Source: Candidatus Sericytochromatia bacterium
Lineage (GTDB): Bacteria; Cyanobacteriota; Sericytochromatia; S15B-MN24; JAQBPE01
Reading direction: 5' to 3'
Length of the DNA stretch: 64,000 nucleotides
Assembly: GCA_035285125.1 (NCBI GenBank)
Contig: JAYKHR010000145.1
Coordinates: 1 to 64,000 of the forward strand
Part shown: one piece after another, positions 1 through 9,186 of the stretch
Position numbering within the stretch: the first letter of the stretch is position 1
Layout of the letters: every line of letters begins with the position of its first letter
The notes under the pieces: generated by a model
Databases searched by the model: none
What the model saw: only the letters and a program-made list of their open reading frames with translations
Told to the model about the DNA's origin: nothing
Translations under genes and position numbers: made by a program

Positions 1-609
1 TTCCCCGCGCGGCTCGGTGTCCTGTTCTACAACTATGAGCCGCCGCTGCAAGACGAGGAGCGCCAGCAACTGCTCACCCGGTTCGGGCAGGACGTGGTGG
101 CCTCCGGCCTCGCGCGCAGCGCCGTGGAGGTCCCCCCCGAGCTCGGGCGCGGCGTGACGCTGGAGGGCATGCGCAAGCTCGCGGCCCGCCTGCAGCTCGA
201 CGCGCTGGTGCTCGTGGGCGGCGAGTCCGAGTTCACGCGGTCGGAGGTCCAGCCCGGGGGGCTGCTGGCCGCCTTCAGCAACGCCGCGAACTTCGAGGCG
301 CGCACCGCGCTGACGGGCTTCACGCTCGACATCTACGCCGGCACCCTGCTGGCCCCGATCGCGGGCGTGGGGGTGACGTCCCCGACCCTGCTCGACCCCA
401 CGGCCGACAGCTTCCCCGCGGCCTCCCGCAAGCTGCAGGCCGACGGCTTCACCGCTGCCGCCACCCAGCTCAAGGACGCGCTCATCGCCAGCCTGCGGCA
501 GGCTCGGGACCAGCAGGCCGCGGCGCCGACACCCCTGCCCACCGCGGCTGGCAGCCCGTCGCCTGAGCCCTCGCCTTCCGCCAGCCCGTCGCCTGCGCCC
601 ACGCCTTAA
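1..609 (+). CDS. C-terminal part of a hypothetical envelope protein (possibly rhombotarget-lipoprotein-like), 5'-truncated by window edge
   Basis: Frame 1 is open from base 1 (FPARLGVLFYNYEPPL...) to TAA at 607-609; Pro/Ser-rich C-terminal tail. Confidence 0.6.
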   Translation, partial: FPARLGVLFYNYEPPLQDEERQQLLTRFGQDVVASGLARSAVEVPPELGRGVTLEGMRKLAARLQLDALVLVGGESEFTRSEVQPGGLLAAFSNAANFEARTALTGFTLDIYAGTLLAPIAGVGVTSPTLLDPTADSFPAASRKLQADGFTAAATQLKDALIASLRQARDQQAAAPTPLPTAAGSPSPEPSPSASPSPAPTP

Positions 610-632
610 CCCCCTCGCCAGGAGGTCGAACG

Positions 633-1241
633 ATGCGCCCCACTTTTGCCCTTGCCGCTTCGGCACTCGCAGCCCTGCTCGCGCAGCCTGCGGTGGCCGC
701 CACGGCGCCCGTCGCGGACTTTCAACCAGGGCAGACGCTGGCCGTCGGCCTCTCCGGCGTCTCGTGGGACCACGCCTGGCCGGGCAGCTCCGTGGGCCTG
801 GAACTCAGGAACACGGCCCCGCTCCCGGGCGGGGGCAGCCGCTTCCTCGCGGGCGGGCGCGGCCAGCTGCGCCTCGTCGAGATCGACCGGCTCAAGGTCG
901 CCACCCTGGTCGGCGTGCAGCTCGATCCCGGCGTGACGGGGAGCCGCGCCTACATCGTTCCCGACGTGGGGCTCGCCGTCTCGTACGGCTTCAACCTGTG
1001 GCAACTGAGCCTGGCGCTGCGCTTCAACGTGTCGCTGACGGTCGATCAGGGCCAGGGCGGCGGCGTGATGCCCGTCGGGGTCCCGGCCCCCGGAATGCCT
1101 TACGTCCCGAGCCTCGGCAACGTTTTCCAGCGCCTCACGCTGGGCCCCAACACGACGCTGGGGCTCGCGCTCACCCCGTCCGACCGCTACGAGCTGACGA
1201 TCGGGGGGGGCACCCTCCTCGGCCTGCGCGTCCGGTACTGA
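633..1241 (+). CDS. Secreted, probable small outer-membrane beta-barrel protein
   Basis: AGGAGG RBS upstream; signal peptide MRPTFALAASALAALLAQPAVAA; alternating hydrophobic strands; ends GLRVRY. Confidence 0.65.
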   Translation: MRPTFALAASALAALLAQPAVAATAPVADFQPGQTLAVGLSGVSWDHAWPGSSVGLELRNTAPLPGGGSRFLAGGRGQLRLVEIDRLKVATLVGVQLDPGVTGSRAYIVPDVGLAVSYGFNLWQLSLALRFNVSLTVDQGQGGGVMPVGVPAPGMPYVPSLGNVFQRLTLGPNTTLGLALTPSDRYELTIGGGTLLGLRVRY

Positions 1242-1335
1242 TGTCAAGAGCGGCGGTCAGGGCTGGCGGTGGTGGCCGGGCTCAATTGACCGTCGCCAGG
1301 GGGTAGCCCCAGGCGGGCCCATCGCGCCGGCAGGC

Positions 1336-3252
1336 TCAGCCGCCGGCCTTCGCGGCGCCCCCTGCCTTCGGCGGCGCGGGCGGGGTCCACGCGCGGCCCA
1401 GGGCCTTCGCCACGCGGGCCACCACCTGCCCGGCGGTGAAGACGGCGTCGTCAGGATCCGGGCCGGCCTGGCCCTCGAGCGCGAGGTGCAGCACCTGGTG
1501 CACGGGTTGCGCAAGCTCCCCCTGGCGTCCCTCGAGGCGCGAGTGCCCCACCGGCCAGCTCAGCGCGGAGGCCGCCGGGGCCAGCGCCACGTGCCTGACG
1601 TGGGGCGCGAACTCGGGCCAGAGGGTCGCCAGGGCCGCCACGAGGCGCCCTGACGCATCGCCCGAGCCGCCCGCGAGGAAAGCCTCGGCCTCGGGGCCGC
1701 GCCATGTCACCTCCAGCAGCTCGTAGCCGCGCCCGTCGCCAGCGCCACCCCGTACGAGGGCGATCGGGCCGTCCGTCGCAAGCGGCAGCCGGCTGACGCC
1801 GTCGGGCCGCCAGAAGCGGGCGGCCTGGGCGTCGACCACGACGTGGGCGCGCACGGCGTCAGGTTGGCCAGCTGTCATCAGCACGTCCTGCACGGCGTCG
1901 GGCCAGCCAGGCGTGACGGCCACGCGCCGAAGGTCTTCAGCATGCAGGGCCAGCACGACGTGCCGCGCGACGTAGCGGCGGGCCTCGTGGTCCACGGGAT
2001 CGACGGCGTAGGCCTCGACGCCCTCGGGCAACCGCCGCAGGTGCGTCAGCAGGCGGCCCACCTCGAGGCGCTCGCGGCCTGCGCGCTCCGCCAGCGCCTC
2101 GGCCAGCGCCCGGCCCCCCCCTTGCACCCCGCGCACCTCCGCCGGGCGGGTGGTGAAGCGGTGCCAGGCGAGCAGCCCCTCCAGGGCCGAGACGTGGCGC
2201 CAGCCCACCGGGAAGTCCGTCCGCGAGGCGACCTCCATCCGGCCGCGGGCGCGCGCCGAGAGCCCCGAGGTCCGCTGCAGCCAGGCCTCGAACGACAGCC
2301 CGCGCAGCCGCAGCACGTCGGCGGGCACGGGCCCGGCCACCGCCACATGGTGCAGCGCCGCCATGCGGGCCTCCCAGGCGTCGAAGGCGCTCCGCTCATC
2401 GGCGGGCAACACGGCCGCCAGCAGGGCGTGCGGGGCACGGCCGGCGGCGGCATGCGTGACGCCCCCGGCGAGGACCGCCCCCAGGCTGGGCTCCAGCGGC
2501 CCTGACGAGAGCTTGAGGGCGCTGGCGAGGTCCAGCAGGGCGCTGTCCGGGCTGAGCCGGGCCAGGGGGTCCGGCGCGGAGACCCCGTGGGGGTAGCGCA
2601 CGGGACGCAAGGCGCCAGCCAGCCCGGGGCCGGGCGCCAGCCGGTGCCAGGCTACCCCGGCCTCGCTGAGGTACCGGGTGACGAGCAGGGCGTTCAGGCC
2701 CTCGCCCACGACCAGCACGTCGACCGGGGCGTGGGCGAGCGGCACGGCCGGCGCAGGCAAGACCGCCGTGCGGTGGGAGCGCGGGGGCCTGGCGGCCGGG
2801 GGGGGCGCCTCAGACGGGGCGGGCCGCGCCAAGGCCGGCGCGGGTGAGGCAGGCGCGGAGGCCCCGGCCGACGGCGGGATGGCCGTCGAGCGCGAGCGCG
2901 TGACGGCGCCGGCGGGGGATGGGCTGGCCGCGAGACGGGAGCGCGTGATGGCGCTGGCGGGGGGCGGGCTGGCCGCCATACCGGAGGGGGTGCTGGCGGG
3001 GGCCAGGGCGGGCCGCCTCGGCGAGGCCACGGCGGCCGGCGCCAGGCCCGGCCGAGGGGTCGCGTCCAGGCGACGCCGGGAGGGGGCTCCCAGGTCCTGC
3101 CGGGCCGGGGCGGCAGCCGGGCGCAGCTGCCGGGGCGCGAACGGACCGAGCCGGCTGCGCCCCGGGTCGGGGCTCGCGGCAGGGGCGGACTGCGCGGCCA
3201 GGACGGCAGCGAGCACGAGGGCCAGGGTCACCAGAGGAAGCTGCGCGCGCAC
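1336..3252 (-). CDS. Secreted FAD-dependent oxidoreductase-like protein (flavin amine oxidase fold) with long Pro/Ala linker
   Basis: GTG at 3252 after GGAGG; signal peptide; Rossmann-like VDVLVVGEGLNAL; VQGGGRALAEALA and LAQPVHQVLHLALE resemble amine oxidases. Confidence 0.6.
   Translation of the reverse strand: MRAQLPLVTLALVLAAVLAAQSAPAASPDPGRSRLGPFAPRQLRPAAAPARQDLGAPSRRRLDATPRPGLAPAAVASPRRPALAPASTPSGMAASPPPASAITRSRLAASPSPAGAVTRSRSTAIPPSAGASAPASPAPALARPAPSEAPPPAARPPRSHRTAVLPAPAVPLAHAPVDVLVVGEGLNALLVTRYLSEAGVAWHRLAPGPGLAGALRPVRYPHGVSAPDPLARLSPDSALLDLASALKLSSGPLEPSLGAVLAGGVTHAAAGRAPHALLAAVLPADERSAFDAWEARMAALHHVAVAGPVPADVLRLRGLSFEAWLQRTSGLSARARGRMEVASRTDFPVGWRHVSALEGLLAWHRFTTRPAEVRGVQGGGRALAEALAERAGRERLEVGRLLTHLRRLPEGVEAYAVDPVDHEARRYVARHVVLALHAEDLRRVAVTPGWPDAVQDVLMTAGQPDAVRAHVVVDAQAARFWRPDGVSRLPLATDGPIALVRGGAGDGRGYELLEVTWRGPEAEAFLAGGSGDASGRLVAALATLWPEFAPHVRHVALAPAASALSWPVGHSRLEGRQGELAQPVHQVLHLALEGQAGPDPDDAVFTAGQVVARVAKALGRAWTPPAPPKAGGAAKAGG
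2894..2976. repeat. Intragenic imperfect direct repeat, 45-nt period, in the Pro/Ala linker
   Basis: GAGCGCGTGAYGGCGCYGGCGGGGGRYGGGCTGGCCGC at 2894-2931 and 2939-2976. Confidence 0.75.
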
Positions 3253-3334
3253 GGGGCCTCCGGGGCAGGGCGAGGCGAGAGGGGACGTCAGGATACCCAA
3301 TCGGCGCCCCCTGCGGCAAGGGAGCGGGGCGGTG

Positions 3335-3343
3335 TGCTATGCT
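3335..3343 (+). promoter_or_regulatory. Extended -10 element for the ABC/HlyD/TolC operon
   Basis: TG-C-TATGCT in the divergent intergenic region. Confidence 0.35.
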
Positions 3344-3465
3344 GGCGGTCAGACCCTCTCCACACCCGTTTCTGCGCCGCCTGGCGTGCCCCTGCGATGG
3401 CCGGCCCCCTTCCCTCCCCCCTTCAAAGCCACGCGACAGCCGTCGGAGGCCCCCTCGACGGCCTG

Positions 3466-5133
3466 ATGCACGCCCCGACGCCCCAGGCCCGGCTCTGGGC
3501 GCTGGTGCGGTTGAATGCGCGAGAGCTCTGGCTCGTCCTGGCTTACGCCGTGGCAGCCGGCGTCCTTGGCCTCGCCGTGCCGCTGGCCGTCCAGGCCCTG
3601 GTCAACTCGATCGCCTTCACAAACCTGATGCAGCCCGTGCTGGTGCTGAGCGCCCTGCTGCTGGCAGCGCTCGGGCTGCTCGGCATCGTGCTCGCGGGCC
3701 AGGCCCTCACGGTGGAGCTGCTCCAGCGGCGGCTGTTCGTCCACACCGTGGCGGACCTGGCGCTGCGCCTCACGCGCGTGCGCCGGGAGGCGTTCGACCA
3801 GGCCCACGGCCCCGAGCTCCTCAACCGCTTCTTCGCCGTGTTCGCCCTGCAGAAGGCCTTCAGCGAGCTCCTGCTCGACGGCCTCGCCGTGCTCCTGCAG
3901 ACGGCCATCGGCCTGGTGCTCATGGCCGTGTACCACCCCCTGCTGCTGCAGTTCGGCGTGCTGGTGGTCCTGGGCCTGGCGACCCTGCTGCGCCTCACCA
4001 CGCGCATGGCCACCCAGACGGCGCTCAAGGAGTCCAAGGCCAAGTTCGACACGGCGGCCTGGCTCGAGGAGCTCGCCGGCCACCCGGACCAGTTCCGCTC
4101 GGCCGGCGCCGTCCAGCTTTCCATCGGGCGGGCGGACGCGCTGGCCCAGGAGTGGCTCACGGCCAGGCGCGCCCACTGGCGCATCCTGTTCAGGCAGCTG
4201 ACGGGCCTGCTGGCGTTCCAGGCCCTGGCCAGCGCGCTGCTGCTGGGCGTTGGCGGCTGGCTGGTGGTCAACCGCGAGCTCACGCTCGGGCAGCTCGTGG
4301 CCTCCGAGTTCGTGCTCTCCGCCGTGGTCACGGGCCTGGTCAAGCTCGCCAAGCAGCTCGAGACCTACTACGACGCCCTGGCCAACGTCGACAAGGTCGG
4401 CTCCCTGGTGGACCTCCCGCTGGAGCGCCTGGACGGCGTTGCCCTGCCGCCGAGCCCGACCGGGCTGGCCATCCGCCTGAGCGCCCTCAGGCTGTCTCGC
4501 GGAGACGCCATGGTGCTGCGCCACGCCGACGTGGGGCTGGTGCCCCAGGCCCGACTGGGCATCACGGGCCCCACCGGGGCAGGCCTCGGCGTCCTCGGCG
4601 AGCTGCTGGCAGGCCTCCGGGAGCCCGACGGCGGGGCGCTGGAGTTCGACGGGCACGACCTGCGGGACCTCGAGGCCCGCTCCTTGCGCAGCGCGACGGC
4701 GCTGGTGAGGCCTGACGGCGTGTTCGCCGGCACGGTGCTGGACAACCTGCGGCTCGGGCGCCAGGACCTCGAGCTGTCGCACCTGCGGACCACGCTGGAG
4801 GCCGTGGGCCTCTGGGAGACCATCCAGGCCCTGCCGGACGGCCTGGGCACCCCCTTGGCCACCAGCGGGGCGCCGCTGTCGACGGGTGAGGCGGCCCGCC
4901 TGCTGCTGGCCCGGGCGATCGCCGGCGCCCCCAGGCTGATCGTGGTCGACGAGGTGCTCGACGTGCTCGACGGCGAGGCCCGCCAGCTCGCGCTGGAGGC
5001 CCTGATGGAGCCCCGGGCGCCCTGGACCCTGGTGATCCTCAGCCGGCACGACGCGGTGCTCGCCCGCTGCCCCATCGTGTACGAACTGGAGCGCGGCGAG
5101 CTGCGGCGCCGCGGCCCGGGGAGGCGGCCATGA
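3466..5133 (+). CDS. Type I secretion-like ABC exporter (TM + NBD) with degenerate Walker A; start uncertain (3397 or 3466)
   Basis: ABC membrane domain (LTLGQLVASE), NBD with GPTGAGLGVL, LSTGE, LIVVDE; overlaps the HlyD gene. Confidence 0.85.
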   Translation: MHAPTPQARLWALVRLNARELWLVLAYAVAAGVLGLAVPLAVQALVNSIAFTNLMQPVLVLSALLLAALGLLGIVLAGQALTVELLQRRLFVHTVADLALRLTRVRREAFDQAHGPELLNRFFAVFALQKAFSELLLDGLAVLLQTAIGLVLMAVYHPLLLQFGVLVVLGLATLLRLTTRMATQTALKESKAKFDTAAWLEELAGHPDQFRSAGAVQLSIGRADALAQEWLTARRAHWRILFRQLTGLLAFQALASALLLGVGGWLVVNRELTLGQLVASEFVLSAVVTGLVKLAKQLETYYDALANVDKVGSLVDLPLERLDGVALPPSPTGLAIRLSALRLSRGDAMVLRHADVGLVPQARLGITGPTGAGLGVLGELLAGLREPDGGALEFDGHDLRDLEARSLRSATALVRPDGVFAGTVLDNLRLGRQDLELSHLRTTLEAVGLWETIQALPDGLGTPLATSGAPLSTGEAARLLLARAIAGAPRLIVVDEVLDVLDGEARQLALEALMEPRAPWTLVILSRHDAVLARCPIVYELERGELRRRGPGRRP

Positions 5134-6476
5134 GCCCGAGGCGTGGGGGGGCGCTCGCCCCCGAACTGAAGGGCTTCGCGGCCCTGGAGGACGTGCGCAC
5201 GCCGGAACCCACCCGCCGCCTGACGAAGCTGGCGGTGGCCGGCGGCCTGGCCGTGGCCCTGCTGCTGGCCTTCGCCCCCTGGCGCCAGACGGCCCCCGCC
5301 AAGGGGCGCGTGCTGGCGTTCGCGCCCATGGAGCGGCGGCAGCTGGTGGAGGCCCCCGTGGACGCCCGCGTCGCCCGGTGGCACGTGCAGGAGGGCACCC
5401 AGGTGCGGGCAGGCGACCCGCTGGTCGAACTCCGGGACGTGGACCCCGACCTCGTCGCCCGCCTGGAGCGCGAGCTCACGGCCGTGCGCGGGCGCATCGC
5501 TGCAGCAGAGGAGCGCCGGCGCTCCCTGTCGGCCCGTGCAGAGGCCCTCCGGCGCTCGCGCGAGCGTGCCATGACGGGCGCCGCGGAGCGCACGCGGATG
5601 GGGGAGCAGCGGACGCGGGCCGCGGAGGAGGCGCTGGCGGCGGCCCGGGCCGCCGAGGTCACGGCCCGGCTCAACCGCGACCGACAAGTTGCGCTGCGCG
5701 AGCGCGGGCTGGCCGCCGATCGGGCGGTGGAGCTTGCCGAGCTCGAGCTGACGCGGGCCCTGACGGACCGGGCCCGCGCCTCGGCGGGGCTCGCGGCGGC
5801 CCAGGCGGAGCAGAGCGCGCTCGCCGCCGACCTCGCGCGCGTGGAGACGGACGGCACGGCGGCCATCGAGGACGCCCGGGGGGGGGTCGAGGGCGCTCGC
5901 GCCGAGGCGGAGAACGGCAGGGCCGAGCTCGCCCGCCTGGAGGTGCGGCGCTCGCGCCAGGCGGCTCAGGCCGTCACGGCGCCCCGAGACGGTGTGGTGT
6001 TCCGACTGGCCGCCTTCGAGGTCGGCGGGCTGGTCAAGGCGGGCGACCCCCTCGTGATGCTGGTGCCCGAGACCAGGGACCGCGCCGTGGAGGCCTGGAT
6101 TGCCGGCAACGATGCGCCGCTCGTGCGCCCGGGCCGCTCCGTCCGCATCCAGTTCGAGGGCTTCCCGGCCATCCAGTTCTCCGGCTGGCCAGAGGCTGCG
6201 ATCGGCACTTTCGGCGGGCGGGTGGCCTTCGTGGAGACGGCGGACGACGGGGAGGGCCGCTTTCGGGCCGTGGTCGTCCCCGAGCCCGGCGCCCCCTGGC
6301 CGGAGCCGGCGATCCTCCGGCAGGGCATGCAGGCCAACGTCTGGGTGCTGCTCGACGTCGTGACCCTGGGATACGAGCTCTGGCGGCAGTTCAACGGCTT
6401 CCCGCCCAACTACGTCGGCGAGGAGGTGGGCAAGGAGCCCAAGCTCGACGCCCCCGCGAAGCGGCTGCGCAAATGA
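5130..6476 (+). CDS. HlyD-family periplasmic adaptor (membrane fusion protein)
   Basis: N-terminal TM, lipoyl half-motifs (VEAPVDARVARWHVQEG, VTAPRDGVV), long coiled coil, FEGFPAIQFSGWP, LGYELWRQFNGFPP. Confidence 0.9.
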   Translation: MSPRRGGALAPELKGFAALEDVRTPEPTRRLTKLAVAGGLAVALLLAFAPWRQTAPAKGRVLAFAPMERRQLVEAPVDARVARWHVQEGTQVRAGDPLVELRDVDPDLVARLERELTAVRGRIAAAEERRRSLSARAEALRRSRERAMTGAAERTRMGEQRTRAAEEALAAARAAEVTARLNRDRQVALRERGLAADRAVELAELELTRALTDRARASAGLAAAQAEQSALAADLARVETDGTAAIEDARGGVEGARAEAENGRAELARLEVRRSRQAAQAVTAPRDGVVFRLAAFEVGGLVKAGDPLVMLVPETRDRAVEAWIAGNDAPLVRPGRSVRIQFEGFPAIQFSGWPEAAIGTFGGRVAFVETADDGEGRFRAVVVPEPGAPWPEPAILRQGMQANVWVLLDVVTLGYELWRQFNGFPPNYVGEEVGKEPKLDAPAKRLRK

Positions 6477-7900
6477 GGGCCGTGGTCGTGTCGCTGCTGA
6501 TCGCCGCGGCCCAGGGCGGGCTGCCGGCCCTCGCCCAGCCCCCGCTCCAGCCAGCCGCGCTGCTCGGGGGCCTCGAGGCGTCCTACCCGCCGCTGGCCTC
6601 CGCACGGGCGGAGCTGCAGGCCGCCGAGGCCCTGCGCACGGCGGCCGAGGGGGGCTTCGATCCGGCCTGGCGCACGCGGGCGGCGGTGTTGCCCACGGCC
6701 CAGTACCCCCACCAGCGCCTGGACACCAGTCTGGAGCAGCCCACCCCGTTCTGGGGCGCGACGCTGTTCGGGGGCTGGCGCCGGGGGCTCGGCGCCTTCG
6801 CGAGCTATGACGGCAAGCTGGCCACCAATGACGGCGGCGAGGTGCGCGGCGGCATCAGCCTGCCGCTCTGGCGCAACGGCGCGATTGACCGTCGACGGGC
6901 GGACCTCGCCAGGGCCGACGCCGCCGTGACGGCTGCCGAGGCCCAGCTGCGGACGCAGCGGCTGGAGGCGGCCCGCCAGGCAGCGGCCCGCTACTGGGAC
7001 TGGGTGGCGGCGGGGCAGCGCGTGGCGGTGGCTCGGCGCTGGCTGGGGCTGGCGCAGCGCCGCGACGCCGACCTGGGGGCCGCCGTGCGCGCCGGCGCCC
7101 TGCCCGCGCTGGAGAGGCAGGAAAACGAGCGGGCCGTGCAGCAGCGCGTCGGGCACCTGGCCCTCGTGGAGCGCGGGCTGGAGCAGGCCGCCATCGAGCT
7201 CTCGCTGTTCTGGCGGGACGCGGCCGGGGCCCCCCGGCTGCCCGAGCCGGGCCTGCTGCCGGGCCGTCTGCCGCCCATGGCCCCTCTCGCGGAGGCCCTG
7301 CTGCACGCAGACCTCGCCAGCGCCCCAGACGTTCGCCCGGAGCCACGCCGCCTTGAGGCGGCCCTGCTGCAGGCCCGCATCGAGCTGGCGCTGGCCGAGA
7401 ACCAGCTCGCGCCGGCCGTCGACGTGTCGGTGCTGGGCTCCCAGGACCTGGGCGCCGGGGACCCTGGCCGGGCGACGCCGGAGCTCGAGGCGGGCCTCTC
7501 GCTGGAGGTGCCGCTGCTCGCCCGCACCCCGCGCGGCCGCATCGCGCAGGCCGGCGCCGCCGTGGCCGGCCTGGAGGCCCAGCTGCGCTTCGCGCGCGAC
7601 CGGGTCCAGGCCGAGGTGCGCGACGCAGCCTCCGCCGTCGGCGCCACCGCCCGCCGGGCCGAGGCCGCGGGCCGGGAGCGCGCCATCGCGGAGCGCCTGG
7701 CCCTCGCGGAGGCAGAGCGCCTGCGGCTCGGCGAGGGCTCGCTGTTCCTGGTGAACCTGCGAGAGCAGGCGGCCGCCGAGGCGGCCGTGCGGGAGGCGGA
7801 CGCCCTCGGGGAGCACCAGCGGGCGCGGGCCCAGTACGAGGCAGCCGTCGGCAGGCTCGCGCTGCCCGAGGGCCAACCGACACGGGAGGAACAGCGATGA
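6473..7900 (+). CDS. TolC-family outer membrane efflux protein
   Basis: ATGA overlap with HlyD stop; signal peptide; AEGGFDP, GISLPLWRNGAID, GEGSLFLVNLREQ. Confidence 0.85.
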   Translation: MRAVVVSLLIAAAQGGLPALAQPPLQPAALLGGLEASYPPLASARAELQAAEALRTAAEGGFDPAWRTRAAVLPTAQYPHQRLDTSLEQPTPFWGATLFGGWRRGLGAFASYDGKLATNDGGEVRGGISLPLWRNGAIDRRRADLARADAAVTAAEAQLRTQRLEAARQAAARYWDWVAAGQRVAVARRWLGLAQRRDADLGAAVRAGALPALERQENERAVQQRVGHLALVERGLEQAAIELSLFWRDAAGAPRLPEPGLLPGRLPPMAPLAEALLHADLASAPDVRPEPRRLEAALLQARIELALAENQLAPAVDVSVLGSQDLGAGDPGRATPELEAGLSLEVPLLARTPRGRIAQAGAAVAGLEAQLRFARDRVQAEVRDAASAVGATARRAEAAGRERAIAERLALAEAERLRLGEGSLFLVNLREQAAAEAAVREADALGEHQRARAQYEAAVGRLALPEGQPTREEQR

Positions 7901-9186
7901 GCCTGGCGACCACGCTCCTGGACTGGCTCGTGCCCGACCCCGTGCGCACGTCGCTGCCAGGCTGGCTCGCCCTGCCACCCTTGCCGCCCACGGAGGCCCT
8001 GTGGGCCTTCGTTTGGCTGCTCGGCGTCAGCTGGCTGCTGCTGCGCTTCTTGATGCTGTTCACCTCCGGGCTGACGGGGCTCGCCACCCGCCACCTGCCG
8101 CCGGCCTGGTCCGACATCGTGGCCGGCCACGCCGTGCTGGCGCGGCTGGGCTGGATCTTCCCGGTGCTGGCCGTGAACCGTGGCGTGGTGCTCATCCCAA
8201 GCCTCGGTGGCCCCTTCATCGACTGGGTCCAGCGCGTGACGCTGGCCATGCTCGCCGTCGTCACGGCGCGGACGGTCGGCGCCGTGATCGACGCGGCCCA
8301 CACCTTCTACCAGCGGCACCTGGTCGGCGACCGCCACCCGATCAAGGGCTACGTCCAGATCTCCAAGCTGCTCCTGTACATCTCGGCTGCCTACCTGGCC
8401 GTCTCCGCCGTGGCCGACCGCTCCCCGTGGTACTTCCTCAGCGGCCTCGGCGCCCTGACAGCCATCTTCCTCGTGGTCTTCCGCGACACGCTGCTGTCGT
8501 TCGTGGCCGGCGTGCAGCTCGTCAACAACGACCTGGTGCGGGTGGGCGACTGGATCCAGATGCCTCAGTTCAACGCAGACGGCGAGGTGATCGACATCGC
8601 GCTCAACGTGGTGCGGGTCCAGAACTGGGACCGGACCATCACCTCGATCCCGGCGCACAAGTTCATCGAGCACGCCTTCACGAACTGGCGCGGCATGTTC
8701 GAGTCGGGCGGGCGGCAGATCCTGCGCACGGTTCACCTGGACATGGCCGGCGTGCGCTTCCTGCGCCCGGAGGAGATCGAGCGGTTCGGGCGCTTCGTGC
8801 TGCTGGCCGACTACATCCACGAGAAGCAGGCGGAGATCGACGCCTGGAACGCCACGAACCTTGCCGAGGAGGAGGCCGACATCCTCGCGAACGGCCGACA
8901 CCTGACGAACATCGGCACGCTGCGGGCGTACATCCTGGAGTACCTGCGGCGCCACCCGCGCATCGACACGGCCTCGACCCTGGTGGTGCGCCAGATGGAG
9001 CCCACGTCTCACGGCGTCGGGCTGCAGCTGTACGCCTACGTGCGGGACACCGACCTCTCCACCTTCGAGCGCGTGCAGTCGGACATCTTCGACCACATCC
9101 TCGCGATTGTGCCCGACTTCGAGCTGCGGCTGTTCCAGCAGCCCACCGGGGCAGACCTCGCGGGCCGCCGGGAGCTGCCCGCGTGA
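7897..9186 (+). CDS. Mechanosensitive channel, MscS family (YbdG/MscM-like)
   Basis: LSGLGALTAIFLVVFRDTLLSFVAGVQL, GDWIQMP..ADGEVIDI, VQNWDRTI, NWRGMFESGGR, QSDIFDH. Confidence 0.92.
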   Translation: MSLATTLLDWLVPDPVRTSLPGWLALPPLPPTEALWAFVWLLGVSWLLLRFLMLFTSGLTGLATRHLPPAWSDIVAGHAVLARLGWIFPVLAVNRGVVLIPSLGGPFIDWVQRVTLAMLAVVTARTVGAVIDAAHTFYQRHLVGDRHPIKGYVQISKLLLYISAAYLAVSAVADRSPWYFLSGLGALTAIFLVVFRDTLLSFVAGVQLVNNDLVRVGDWIQMPQFNADGEVIDIALNVVRVQNWDRTITSIPAHKFIEHAFTNWRGMFESGGRQILRTVHLDMAGVRFLRPEEIERFGRFVLLADYIHEKQAEIDAWNATNLAEEEADILANGRHLTNIGTLRAYILEYLRRHPRIDTASTLVVRQMEPTSHGVGLQLYAYVRDTDLSTFERVQSDIFDHILAIVPDFELRLFQQPTGADLAGRRELPA

